A stretch of 64,000 bases of DNA, from NCBI GenBank assembly GCA_951406725.2, contig OX597814.1, positions 4,278,001 through 4,342,000 on the forward strand, given 5' to 3'. The translations under genes and the position numbers were made by a program. Below are positions 1 through 12,428 of the stretch, in pieces. Within the stretch, counting starts at the first letter, position 1, and each line of letters opens with the position of its first letter. The notes beneath the pieces were generated by a model. The model had not been told where the DNA came from. It saw only the letters and a program-made list of their open reading frames with translations, and ran no database searches. The DNA is from Octopus vulgaris. Taxonomy: Eukaryota.

Positions 1-860
1 ATGTTATTTTCGGACTGTGTACAAGCTTCTTTGTGAGACATTTGTCTTTAAGTGTACAGAACTGGTCCTGTTGCAGTTTCGTTCTTGTGAATGGATTGAA
101 GTGTTTCCACTTGCTTAACTTGGATTATGGTTGGGTTTTTAGGCCATGATGTTTTACAAGCAATTGTAGCTCACTCTTAAATGTTGCTTTCTTTATTAAA
201 GTCCATATTTGCAACTGGTAGGGAAATTTTCTCTCTTTTTTGTCACTTGCAGGAGTGGCTGTGTGGTAAGTAGCTTGCTAACCAACCACATGGTTCTGGG
301 TTCAGTCCCACTGCGTGGCATCTTGGGCAAGTGTCTTCTGCTATAGCCCCGGGCCGACCAATGCCTTGTGAGTGGATTTGGTAGACGGAAACTGAAAGAA
401 GCCTGTCGTATATATGTATATATATGTATATATGTGTGTGTGTGTGTGTGTTTGTGTGTCTGTGTTTGTCCCCCTAGCATTGCTTGACAACCGATGCTGG
501 TGTGTTTAGGTCCCCGTCACTTAGCGGTTCGGCAAAAAGAGACCGATAGAATAAGTACTAAAAGGTGGTGCTCCAGCATGGCCGCAGTCAAATGACCGAA
601 ACAAGTAAAAGAGTAAGAGTATAGGAAATTTTTAGTTATGTCCAAAGCTTTGTCCATACCACCCGTATAGTTTCTTGATTATACTACACCATACAGTTTA
701 TTCTACAACATTTGATGAATGTGTGATTGTAGGAGAGAGGGCACCACCCTGAATATACCCCTCTCACTGGATAGATTCGTAGTTCTTCTACAAGGGTTTG
801 GTAGGAATGTATCATAAGAGTGTGCCCAACATAAAGTGCTGGTAGACAAGCGGTGGAGCA
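1..860 (-). mobile_element. Decayed Penelope-like element fragment (RT thumb/linker toward GIY-YIG), split by a SINE at 249-620
   Basis: Broken translations LPNPCRRTTNLSSERGIF, RVVW, TKNFL, FPTSCKY, LRVSYNCLxNI..NHN and NCNR follow the order of Penelope RT C-terminal/linker motifs. Many stops and frameshifts. Confidence 0.5.
249..620 (+). mobile_element. tRNA-derived SINE family A
   Basis: A box TGGCTGTGTGG, B box GGTTCAGTCCC, CTTGGGCAAG core, internal TA/TG microsatellite, and tail GGTGCTCCAGCATGGCCGCAG...GAAACAAGTAAAAGA; many copies in the window. Confidence 0.9.
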
Positions 861-889
861 GCATGGAAAGGGGGCAGGAAGGCAAGACA

Positions 890-1495
890 AGGTAAGATTA
901 CCTTGCAGTATAGATTGATGTGCGTGGAGGCGCAATGGCCCAGTGGTTAGGGCAGCGGACTCGCGGTCGTAGGATCACGGTTTCGATTCCCAGACCGGGC
1001 GTTGTGAGTGTTTATTGAGCAGAAACACCTAAAAAGCTCCACGAGGCTCCGGCAGGGGATGGTGGTGATCCCTGCTGTACTCTTTCACCACAACTTTCTC
1101 TCACTCTTTCTTCCTGTTTCTGTTGTACCTGTATTTTCAAAGGGCCGGCCTTGTCACTCTCTGTGTCATGCTGAATATCCCCGAGAACTACGTTAAGGGT
1201 ACACGTGTCTGTGGAGTGCTCAGCCACTTACACGTTAATTTCACAAGCAGGCTGTTCCGTTGGTCGGATCAACCGGAACCCTCATCGTCATAACCGACGG
1301 AGTGCTTCCACAGATTGATGTGAACAGCTAGCAGTTAAGTGCAGCCATGAAATAAAGTCTTTGAAATGCTTAGAGGGTTCCATGGAAGTAGTTGATAGCT
1401 TTTGTTATGTTGGTGACCTAATTAACAGTTATTAATTATCTAATTAGCAGTGAAGGGGGGGTGCTGTGAAAATAGAGTAACTAGAATAAGAACAT
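890..1495 (+). mobile_element. Old RTE LINE ORF fragment, interrupted by a SINE
   Basis: Translates GSMEVVDSFCYVGDL...GCCENRVTRIR, matching EVVDSFRYLGDQVSSGGGCSESVTTRIR of younger RTE copies in the window. Confidence 0.65.
923..1311 (+). mobile_element. tRNA-derived SINE family C with 11-bp TSD
   Basis: Head TGGCCCAGTGG...GTTTCGATTCCC; TSD AGATTGATGTG at 912-922 and 1312-1322. Confidence 0.9.
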
Positions 1496-1580
1496 GATTC
1501 TCTCTTTCTATGAGGTTGAGAAGCAAACTTCTTATCACAAGCCAAGCCCGCATACACACACACATACATATATATATATA

Positions 1581-1980
1581 GGCATAGGAGTGGCTGTGTG
1601 GTAAGTAGCTTGTTTACCAACCACATGGTTCCAGGTTCAGTCCCACTGCATGGAACCTTGGGCAAGTGTCTTCTACTATAGCCTCGGGCAGACCAAAGCC
1701 TTGTGAGTTGATTTGGTAGACGGAAACTGAAAGAAGCCCATCGTATATATGTATATATATATATGTGTGTCTGTGTTTGTCCCCCCTAGCATTGCTTGAC
1801 AACCGATGCTGGTGTGTTTAGGTCCCCGTTACTTAGAGGTTTGGCAAAAGAGACCGATAGAATAAGTACTGGGCTTACAAAAGAATAAGTCCCGGGGTCA
1901 AGTTGCTCGATTAAAGGCGGTGCTCCAGCATGGCCGCAGTCAAATGACTGAAACTAATAAAAGAGAGAAAGAGTAAAGAG
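1581..1980 (+). mobile_element. SINE family A
   Basis: Full-length match to 249-620. Confidence 0.9.
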
Positions 1981-2229
1981 TATATGCGTGTGTATATATT
2001 ATTGCTCCACTGTCATTGAGTTCTGTTACTAATCATTTAGATAGAAAAATGATTTTCTATACATCCATGACATACACCTTTAACTACATGCACACATTTG
2101 AAATTAAATAAATGACAAATGGACAGGAGTGTGCAATGAACTTCATAAGCTTACAGCCGTTTCTGCTATCAGATGCAGTACACTCCTACTTGAGTGCTTG
2201 TGTATCACCGTATGGCTTCATTGGAGCTT

Positions 2230-2280
<51 letters not shown>

Positions 2281-2282
<2 letters not shown>

Positions 2283-2476
2283 TGCGGGTGGCACGTAAAA
2301 AGCACCCACTACACTCACGGAGTGGTTGGCGTTAGGAAGGGCATCCAGCCGTAGAAACACTGCCAGATTTGACTGGGCCTGATGCAGCCTTCTGGCTTCA
2401 CAGACCCCAGTAGAACCGTCCAACCCATGCTAGCATGGAAAACGGACGCTAAACGATGATGATGATGATGATGATG
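2281..2476 (+). mobile_element. RTE LINE 3' end (5'-truncated), (GAT)n tail
   Basis: Matches the 3'UTR that follows the RTE ORF stop at 44135. Confidence 0.85.
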
Positions 2477-2796
2477 TATGTATGTATGTATATCTGTCTG
2501 TTTATATTTTTATTTATATATACATATATATGGCCTTGTATCTCAAGTGTGGTGGCCATACTGGGGCACCATCATTAGCTTTGCTACACTTTCACTGCTT
2601 GTAAACTCCTCTGATATGTGGCATTTGGTGAATGAGGGAGTTTGATGTTGTATGTGTGTATGTGTGTGTATATATATATTTTAGATAGCTATATTAATAT
2701 TTAGTTGGAATTTACAAAAAAAAACAAACAAAACAAAAGACAAAGACAGGTGTGTAAGCAACAAACAGATGTATTAGTTTAACACTCGAAAAGTGA

Positions 2797-2840
2797 GGAA
2801 GTCTTTAACATTTCGAGCCTACGCTCTTCGACAGAATGGA
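2797..2840 (-). ncRNA. Degenerate minimal hammerhead-like motif in a short repeat (~2700-2900)
   Basis: Minus strand reads CTGTCGAA-GAGC(GTAG)GCTC-GAAA-TGTT-AAAG; the core deviates from CUGANGA. Confidence 0.4.
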
Positions 2841-3214
2841 ACACGGAAATAAACAGGGAGAGAAAATAAAAAGGGTTTAGTGGCTAGCGATGTATCATGG
2901 CGAATGTTTATATGTATGTTTATATGTATCATCATCATCATCATGTACATATTTGTATATTTCTGTATGTATGTGTATACTTGCATATACTTGTGTGTAT
3001 ATGTATATATGTATGTATAGATAGATAGATATGTAGATGTTTATATATATATATATATATATATAGGTAAGTAGATGATGAATATTATTTCTGGAATTTT
3101 CTTTGGAATCTCTGGCTGACATTGGTAGCTGAAACAGCCATAAGCAATGTCAAAGTTTGTTTGTTGATCAAAAGTTTTCCCCATTTACTGCTTATTTTAA
3201 ATTTTATATATGTG

Positions 3215-3244
<30 letters not shown>

Positions 3245-3248
<4 letters not shown>

Positions 3249-4960
3249 AGGGAGAGTCAAAAATTATACAAATTCTTGTTTTCAATGTTATTATCGTTGT
3301 GTAACGTCCGCTTTCCATATTGGCATGTGTTGGACGGTTTGACTGAGGACTGGCAAGCCAGAAGGCCACACCAGGCTCCAATCTGATCTGGTAGAGTTTC
3401 TACAGCTGGATGCCCTTCCTAACACTAACCCCTCCTAGAGTGTAGTGGGTGCTTTTATGTGCCACCGGCACAAGAGCCAGTCAGGTGGTACTGGCAACAA
3501 CTACGCTCAAAGGTGTTTTTTACATGCCACCTGCACAGGAGCCAGTCCGGTGGCACTGGCAACAACTACGCTCAAAGGTGTTTTTTACGTGCCACCTGCA
3601 CAGGAGCCAGTCCGGTGGCACTGGCAACAACCATGCTCAAATGTTGTTTTTCATGTGCCAGTAAGGTGACGCTGACAACGATCACACTCAAATGGTGCTT
3701 TTTACATGCCACCAGCACAGGAGCCAGTCAGCGGCCCTGGCAAGGATCACGTTTGGATGGTTCTTTAAATGTTTCACTGGCACGAGTACTGTCATCGGCC
3801 ACGTCAGCAATTTTGATTTCACTTGCCTCAACAGGTCTTCACAAGCAAAGTTTATTGTCCACGCAACGACTGGCCTCCGTGCTGAGGGCACGTAACAAAC
3901 ACCATCCGAGCGTGGCCGTCCGCCAGCCCCGTCTGGCACCTGTATCGGTGGCACATAAGAAAACACCATCCGAGCGTGGCCGTCTGCCAGCCTCGTCTGG
4001 CACCTGTGTCGGTGACACATAAGAAAACACCATCCGAGCGTGGCCGTCAGCCAGCCTCGTCTGGCACCTGTGTCGGTGGCACATAAAATCACCCACTACA
4101 CTCTCGGAGTGGTTGGCGTTAGGAAGGGCATCCAGCTGTAGAAACACTGCCAGATCTGACTGGCCTGGTGCAGCCTTCGGGCTTGCCAGACCCCAGTTGA
4201 ACCGTCCAACCCATGCTAGCATGGAAAGCGGACGTTAAACGATGATGATGATGATGATGATGATGATGAATGAAGGGTACTCATAAGTGGGCTGGTTATA
4301 CACCACTGGCATAGGCCATGGGTTATGGTCTCACTTGGCTTGCCGGGTCTCCTCAAGCACGGCATATCTCCAAAGGTCTCGATCTCTGTATTTATACAAA
4401 AGCAGGGCATAAACAAGCACGCCATATTTCTATAAAGTCTTCTTCCTTTCCGATGCACTTGGTCCAGCGGTTCACAAGCTTGCATGTTCCCTCCAAGAAG
4501 AAGGTTTCCGGTTGGTCGGGCAACCATTTATGCACCACTTCCTTCACATCTTCACCTGTAGAAAATTGACGACCTTGTAAACCATCTTTGCATGGTGCAA
4601 AGATACGATAGTCAGAAGGGGTGAGATCTGGGTTGTAGGCAGGGTGTTCCAGCACCTCAAAACCCAAATGGTTAATGGTTTCAAAGGTCTGGGCAGCCGC
4701 GTGTGGACATGCATTGTCATGCAACAACAAAACATTGCATTGCATCTGGCACTGGTGATTGTACACCCCTTTTCTAGGTAGTCTTCCAGTATAGGCCCTT
4801 TTGAGTCCCAAAAAAGGGTTAGCATCACCTTTCCCGCAGAAGACTGAGTCTTGAATTTCTTCATCACTGGCAAGCCAGGATGTTTCTACCCCATACTCTG
4901 TCTTTTGGATTCTGACACATAAAGATGGACCCACGTTTCATCTCCTGTAACTACCCTGCT
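3245..4960 (-). mobile_element. Mariner (DD34D) element, 3' half with TIR, carrying nested RTE tails
   Basis: [17 protein letters not shown] and HPAYNPDLTPSDY motifs at 4392-4960 (frameshifted, deleted). TIR TA-CAAGGGAGAGTCAAAAATTAT at ~3245. Confidence 0.9.
3293..4388. mobile_element. RTE 3' end (minus, 3293-3860 plus 4269-4388) with a second RTE 3' end (plus, 3861-4268) nested inside
   Basis: Similarity to the RTE 3'UTR in both orientations; the outer copy resumes after the inner (GAT)n tail. Confidence 0.8.
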
Positions 4961-4965
4961 CAAAA

Positions 4966-5697
4966 ATACATATACATATACATATACATATATATATACA
5001 TCTATACATATATATCTATACATCTATACATATACATATATATATATACATACATATATATATATACATATATATATATATTTATACATATATATATATA
5101 TATTTATACATATACATATATATTTATACATATACATATATATTTATACATATACATATATATACATATACATATATGGCCGTTTGCCAGCCTCGTCTGG
5201 CACCTGTGTTGGTGGCACATAAAATCACCCACTACACTCTCGGAGTGGTTGGCGTTAGGAAGGGCATCCAGCTGTAGAAACACTGCCAGATCTGACTGGA
5301 CTGGTGCAGCTTTCGGGCTCCCCAGACCCCAGTTGAACCGTCCAACCCATGCTAGCATGGAAAGCGGACGTTAAATGATGATGATGATGATGATGATATA
5401 TATATATACATATACATATATACATATACACATATACATATACATATATATATATACATATACATATATATATATACATATACATATATATATATACATA
5501 TACATATACATATATATATATACATATACATATATACATATATATATATACATATACATATATATATATACATATACATATATATATATACATATATATT
5601 TATATATATACATATACATATATATATATATATATATATTTATACATATATATATATATCTATACATATATATCTATACATATACATATATATATAC
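4966..5697. repeat. (TA)n/(TATACA)n compound microsatellite containing an RTE tail (5177-5395, plus)
   Basis: Directly visible. Confidence 0.9.
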
Positions 5698-6971
5698 GCA
5701 TGTGTGTCATTGTGTATGTCTATGTACATATGTGTGTTTGTGTTCTATGCGTGTGTATATATCCACACAGATATTATTTATTTATTTATTAGTGTGTAAG
5801 AGAGAGAAAGGGCCAGTGTGTACAATAATAACCATAAACCAGATTTTTTCCCCCTCTAAATGCAACATGACTCTGAAGTGTATTTTAATTGCCTCTACTA
5901 ATTACCTACACTAATTATTATAATTCTATTTACAGCTTGTTCTTATTGGATTGTTTGTTTTTTTAATTAAACGGAAATGAACCTTTTCAAAATGTGTCTC
6001 TGTTAATCTATTACTGCTCTTGTTTGACTCTTTATCAGCCCCAGTTTCCGCATCCCTTTGGTCAATGCATCTTCAGTCTCTCACTCTGCTGTCTTCTCAG
6101 TATGTCAGGTGCAAACACTTGTGCACTCTCTGATGTGGCCTTTCGTTGAAGAGCTTTTTACAAAAAAAGAAAAAGGAAAGAGAAATGTTGAAGAGGCTTT
6201 ATATTTCAAGCATAACAACCCATCATCAGGAATGAATAAGGAAAAGAAATGAGTCTGTACCAGCAGTTCTCAACAGTGACTCCCAGGGCCACATATGGCT
6301 CTCCAGCATCCTTCCTTCTATAAATATAATAAGTTTTTTCATTAATTCAGTGCAGGTGCCACTTAAAAGCATCCAGTCTACACTGTAATGTGGTTGGCAT
6401 TTGGAAGGGCTCCCAGCTGTAATAACCTTGCCAAAACTGACCTCCTTTGTGCTTGTGCCACGTAAAAAGCACTAAGTCCACTCTGCTGAGTGTTTGGTGA
6501 CAGGAAGAGCATCCAGCTGTAAAAATTCTGCTGAAACAATCACAGAACTCTGGTGTAGGCTTCTGCCTGGTCGGCTAATTCCATCAATTCACTCCCTTTC
6601 AGAAGCAGAAACCAGTTAACCCACCTACCACTGGAAACTCATCACTTGTCAGAAGACAAACCTCCAGCCAAATAATAAATTTTAGTATTGCCATCATCAA
6701 TGTGGCCATAATGAAAGATTGAATCTAGAGAAAGAATAGAGAACAACTGGGGCAGGAGGCATGTAGATTTGTGTGTGGTGAAGGAAGCCCCCCAGGTTGT
6801 ATCATTGACAGATTACCAATCAAAGTCTATTTTCGCAATGAAATGACTGGGGGGGGGTGCAAAATGACCCCAGTTGCTCCCCAAACAGGTTGGTATCTTT
6901 TATCTCCCTGCCCACCTAACATCATCATCATTACCACTAGGCACCAAACTATCATTTAATTAAGTTTAAAT

Positions 6972-8175
6972 TACAAGGGGAAGTAAAAAAAAAAGCAAAA
7001 TCAAACCAAATCAAATCAGATATCAGAAAGCAGAACCAAGATCGAAGTTGATCAACATCAATGGAAATTGCAGCTGTGATACCAGTGCCGGTGACAAGTA
7101 AGTGAACCATCCAATCATGGCCGTTGCCAGTGCCGCCCCGACTGGCCTCTGTGCCGGTGGCACGTAAAAAGCACCATCCCTTCGTGGCCGTTGCCAGCCT
7201 CGCCTGGCCCCCGTGCCGGTAGGATGTAAAAAGCACCATCCGTTCGTGGCCATTGCCAGTCTCGCCTGGCCCCCGTGCCAGTGGCATGTAAAAAGCACCA
7301 TCCGTCCGTGGCCATTTGCCAGCCTCGTCTGGCACCTGTGCAGGTGGCACGTAAAAAGCACCCACTACACTCATGGAGTGGTTGGCGTTAGGAAGGGCAT
7401 CCAGCCGTAGAAACACTGCCAGATCAGATTGGAGCCTGGTGCAGCCTTCTGGCTTCACAGACCCCAGTTGAACCGTCCAACCCATGCTAGCATGGAAAGC
7501 GGACGCTAAACGATGATGATGATGATGATGAAATCAAAAATTATCTGCACTTATCCCATAACATATTTATTATTGTCACACTTCCCTCTACAGATGCCTG
7601 CTTATGGTTGGTACTATTGTGGTCACATGATTGAAGTTTGAACCTGATCATGCCATTTTTCTTTCTGGCTTTACAGTGTAAGCATGGCCACTCCACTAGC
7701 AACATACACCAAAGAAGATCAAAGAGCAGAGATCCAGTTTCTCTGGTCGAAAAGTGTGTCAGGTGTTGAAATTCATCAGAGGTTTTTAGCACAATATTGG
7801 GACAGTGCACTACCGTGTAGTGGTGTGTATGAGTGGATTGAGAATTTTAGAAGTAGGTGGACAAGCGTGACACACGAAGAGGGAGCAGGATGTCCTTCAA
7901 CTTCCACCACTGATAAAAAGGTTCAGCTAGCTCAAGAGATGGTAATGGTGAACCGGTTCGGCATTACCATCTCTTGGATCTCTGCTCTTTGTTCTTCTTT
8001 GGTGCACATAGGCACAGGAGTGGCTGTGTGGTAAGTAGCTTGCTAACCAACCACATGGTTCCAGGTTCAGTCCCACTGCGCGGCATCTTGGACAAGTGTC
8101 TTCTGCTATAGCCCCAGGCCGACCAATGCCTTGTGAGTGAATTTGGTAGACGGAAACTGAAAGAAGCCTGTCGTA

Positions 8176-8221
<46 letters not shown>

Positions 8222-8622
8222 CGTGTGTGTTTGCGTGTCTGTGTTTGTCCCCCTAGCATCGCTTGACAACCGATGCTGGTGTGTTTACGTCCCCGTCACT
8301 TAGCGGTTCGGCAAAAAGAGACCGATAGAATAAGTACTGGGCTTACAAAGAATAAGTCCCGGGGTCGATTTGCTCGACTAAAGGTGGTGCTCCAGCATGG
8401 CCGCAGTCAAATGACCGAAACAAGTAAAAGATAAAAGATGGCTAATGGAACAGCCATGCTTACAGTGTAAAACCAGAAAGGAAAATGGTGCAGTCAGGCT
8501 CAAAATGTAAATCCCGTGACCACAATAGGACCAACTGTAAGCACGCATGCGCAGAAGGCAGTGTGATGATAATAAATATATGTTATGGTGAAAGCGTGGA
8601 TAATTTTTTAGTTCCCCTCATA
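6972..8622. mobile_element. Non-autonomous mariner derivative built from two inverted 5' ends; contains an RTE tail (6995-7530) and SINE A (8011-8437)
   Basis: TA-flanked TIRs at both ends. Transposase N-terminus MATPL...EDQRAEIQFLW...VYEWIENF at 7684-7953. 7975-8010 plus 8438-8620 is the reverse complement of 7531-7735. Confidence 0.82.
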
Positions 8623-8948
8623 GTTATTAGGGACATTTGATGACAACTTTGAAAACTTCCATTGCACGGTGCTGGTGCCATGTAAAAAGAAGCATCCAGT
8701 ACACTCTGTAGTGTTTGGCATTAGGAAGGGCACAGAAACCAGGCCAAGACAAACAATGGAGACTGGTGCAGCCTCACTAGTTCCCATCAAACTATCCAAC
8801 CCATACCAGTATTTAACATTGGTGTTAAGTAAAGATGATGATCATCAGCATCATTTAATGCCCATGATCAATGCTCACATGGGTCGGATGGTTTGAGAAG
8901 GTCCAATGGGCCCAAAGACAGCATCATACTCCAGTTTCTGTTCTGATA

Positions 8949-9235
8949 TCATCATCATCATCATTTAACGTCTGCTTTCCATGCTGGCATGGGTTAGACG
9001 GTTCAACTGGGGTCTGGGGAGCCCGAAGGCTGCACCAGGCCAGTCAGATCTGGCAGTGTTTCTACAGCTGGATGCCCTTCCTAACGCCAACCACTCCGAG
9101 AGTGTAGTGGGTGATTTTATGTGCCACCGACACAGGTGCCAGACGAGGCTGGCAGACGGCCATGCTCGGATGGTGTTTTTTATGTGCCACCAACACAGGT
9201 GCCAGACGAGGCTGGCGAACGGCCACAATCAGATG
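8949..9235 (-). mobile_element. RTE LINE 3' end
   Basis: (CAT)n plus TTTAACGTC...GGATGCCCTTCCTAACGCCAACC plus ~60-bp units. Confidence 0.85.
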
Positions 9236-9744
9236 GTAGTTTTTACAACTAGATGCCCTTCCTAATGCTAACCTTTTACAGTGTACCGGCCCTAATGAGA
9301 TTGCTATAAAGCTTGCGAGATACTTCCTCCTCTTCTGTGACCATGGCATATGGTTTGGCCAATACGAACTGTGGCATATGGTTTGGCCAACCCAAATGGA
9401 TCTTCAGTGAAGAGAACACAGTAGCACAGTCTAACTCGGGAGACTAAGCAACATGGCCAGACACTTTGAGCTGATTCTCCTAAATCATACAAGTAACATG
9501 TGGAATATGTGCTTACACGAGGGATGTCAGCTGAAATGAGGTTAGGAAAGAATTTTAAAGAAGAGGAATTCAATGTGGTGCACAAGAGAGAAGAATGAAA
9601 GAGTATGGCGATTGAAGGGTGACAGTTTGGGAAGGAAATGGTAAAAGGAAGGAAATTCCATGAGAGTCTGGACCAAGGAAGACTGGGAAAGAAATGGTAA
9701 AGAGTTTGGCCCTTGCAAAGATGGTGACAATGATAGAAGAGTAG

Positions 9745-10820
9745 TGTAACAGGGATGTAACAAAGATTATGTAACAAGAACAGTGTAACAGCAATGCATC
9801 AGTAATGTAACAAGGGTGTTGTAACAGTAATAAAACAGGTATGTAACAAGAATGTAACATGAACGTAACAAGAACATAAGAATGTAAGATGAACATAAGA
9901 ATGTAACATGAACGTAACAAGAATGTAACATGAACGTAACAAGAATATAACATGAATGTAACATGAACATAACAAGAATGTAACATGAACGTAACAAGAA
10001 TGTAGCAAGAACATAAGAATGTAAGATGAACATAACAAGAATGTAACATGAATATAAGAATGTAACATGAACGTAACAAGAACATAAGAATGTAACATGA
10101 ACGTAACAAGAACATAAGAATGTAACATGAACATAAGAATGTACCATGAATGTAACAAGAACATAAGAATGTAACATGAACGTAACAAGAATGTAACATG
10201 AACGTAACAAGAATGTAACATGAACGTAACAAGAATGTAACATGAACATAAGAATGTAACATGAACGTAACAAGAATGTAGCAAGAACATGAGAATGTAA
10301 GATGAACGTAACAAGAACATAAGAATGTAACATGAACGTAACAAGAACATAAGAATGTAACATGAACGTAACAAGAACATAAGAATGTACCATGAATGTA
10401 ACAAGAACATAAGAATGTAACATGAACGTAACAAGAACATAAGAATGTAACATGAACGTAACAAGAACATAAGAATGTAAGAATGTAACATGAATGTAAC
10501 AAGAATGTACCATGAATGTAACATGAACGTAACAAGAATGTAACATGAATGTAACAAGAATGTAACATGAACATAACATGAATGTAACAAGAACATAAGA
10601 ATGTAACATGAACATAACAAGAATGTAACATGAACATAAGGATGTAACATGAACATAACAAGAATGTAACATGAACATAAGAATGTAACATAAACATAAC
10701 AAGAATGTAACATGAATGTAACAAGAACATAAGAATGTAACATGGACGTAACATGAATGTAACAAGAACATATGAAAGTGACAAGAACGTAACAAGAATG
10801 TAACATGAACGTAACAAGAA
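9745..10820. repeat. Compound minisatellite of GTAACATGAAY / GTAACAAGAAY / ATAAGAAT words
   Basis: Directly visible; 22-bp and 30-bp higher-order runs. Confidence 0.95.
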
Positions 10821-11037
10821 AGTGACGGCTGCTGTAATAAGTAAAAAGACAAACCGAACTAGTTTTGTAGTCGACTTTATTGGTACAAAGTGTAATTAAA
10901 ATACATAAAATGTGTTTTGGTAGCGAAACTACTCTATACCAGTGTCTCAGAGTTGGTGCAATATGTAGTAGTAGTAGTAGTAGTAGTAATACAAGCTATA
11001 CAGCATGATTAGGACAACAATATAGAAATTAGCATAG

Positions 11038-11077
<40 letters not shown>

Positions 11078-12069
11078 TCACACATAAATATGTAATGTGT
11101 GAATGTGTTTGTGTTTACATTTGTTTGTATGTGTGTGTATATTCATATATGTACAGTTATATATACATATATGAGTATTAATACATGTGTGTATGTATGT
11201 ATGTATGTATGTGTATATATATTTGTTCATAAAATTGTGTGTGTGTGTGTGTGTGTGTGTGGTCAAGCAAGACCCCAGGTTGTATCATTGACAGATTACC
11301 AATCAAAGTCAATTTTCGCAATGAAATGACTGGGGGGTGGGGGTGCAAAATGACCCCAGTTGCTCCCCGAACAAGTTGATGTCTTAATCTCCCTGCCCAC
11401 CTATTGTCATCGTCGTCATCATCATCATCATCACCACTAGGCACCAAACTATCATTTAATTATCATCAAGTAATTAATAATCAATACGCATAAATTTTCT
11501 TCGCCAACCAGCCATCCAACAAGCCAACCAACCAACGGACACTTGGCAGAGCCAAAGAGGAAACCCTCTACTCACTCAACCTGCTAGAAATAGCAGCGAC
11601 ATCTCCCTCAAAATATGATAATGTAGTCATAGATTTCCCCTGAAAAGACAGGATGGTCACAACTGGAATGTCTTTGATCAGAAGTGTGTTCCCTAAGAAA
11701 TTACATGGGGGTTATACAACATCAACAACATTGGGTTTCATATCTTTCATATCAATATTAGGCCTGTCTCGCAAGCAAGGTACCATGCCAACCCTCACAC
11801 ACACACACACACACCCATGTACCACATCAGCTTACCAGCATCTGTCTGACCCCACAACACATACAAGGTACCTCACCGATCTATACACACAAGGTACCAC
11901 AATCAGTGACACACATGGTACCATGCAAACTACACTCATACAAAAGGTACCACATGTTCCCACCCCCAGTCCCAAACACTAAGTACCTACGAACAATTTC
12001 AATGGGAAAACAATGGCTACTTTTGACCTAAACACAGCAAAAGTGTCACATGACAGGAAGATTACAGAG

Positions 12070-12428
12070 ACATACATACACATATATATATATGCACACA
12101 CAAACACATATACACACACACATATATATATGCACACATACACATATACACACATACATACACATATATATATGCACACACATATGCATATACACACATA
12201 CATACACATATATATATGCACACATATATATGCACACACATATATGCACACACATATACACACACATATATATATGCACACACATACATACACACATACG
12301 CACACACATACACACATATACACACACACATACACTCACGCATACATACACATATATACATGTATATACACACATATGTACATACACATATATATATACA
12401 CACACACACACACATACATATACACACA
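12070..12428. repeat. CA/TA compound microsatellite
   Basis: Directly visible. Confidence 0.9.

Noticed and set aside
926-1000. Functional tRNA genes (also 249, 20750, 56503)
   Set aside because: No complete acceptor stem or terminator; they continue into SINE bodies.
3440-4090. CRISPR-like array of palindromic repeats
   Set aside because: The units are whole ~60-bp tandem repeats of the RTE 3'UTR without unique spacers; there are no cas genes and the context is eukaryotic.
9570-10852. Long ORFs of 335-415 aa
   Set aside because: All three frames are open because the satellite lacks stops on that strand; the translations are low-complexity.
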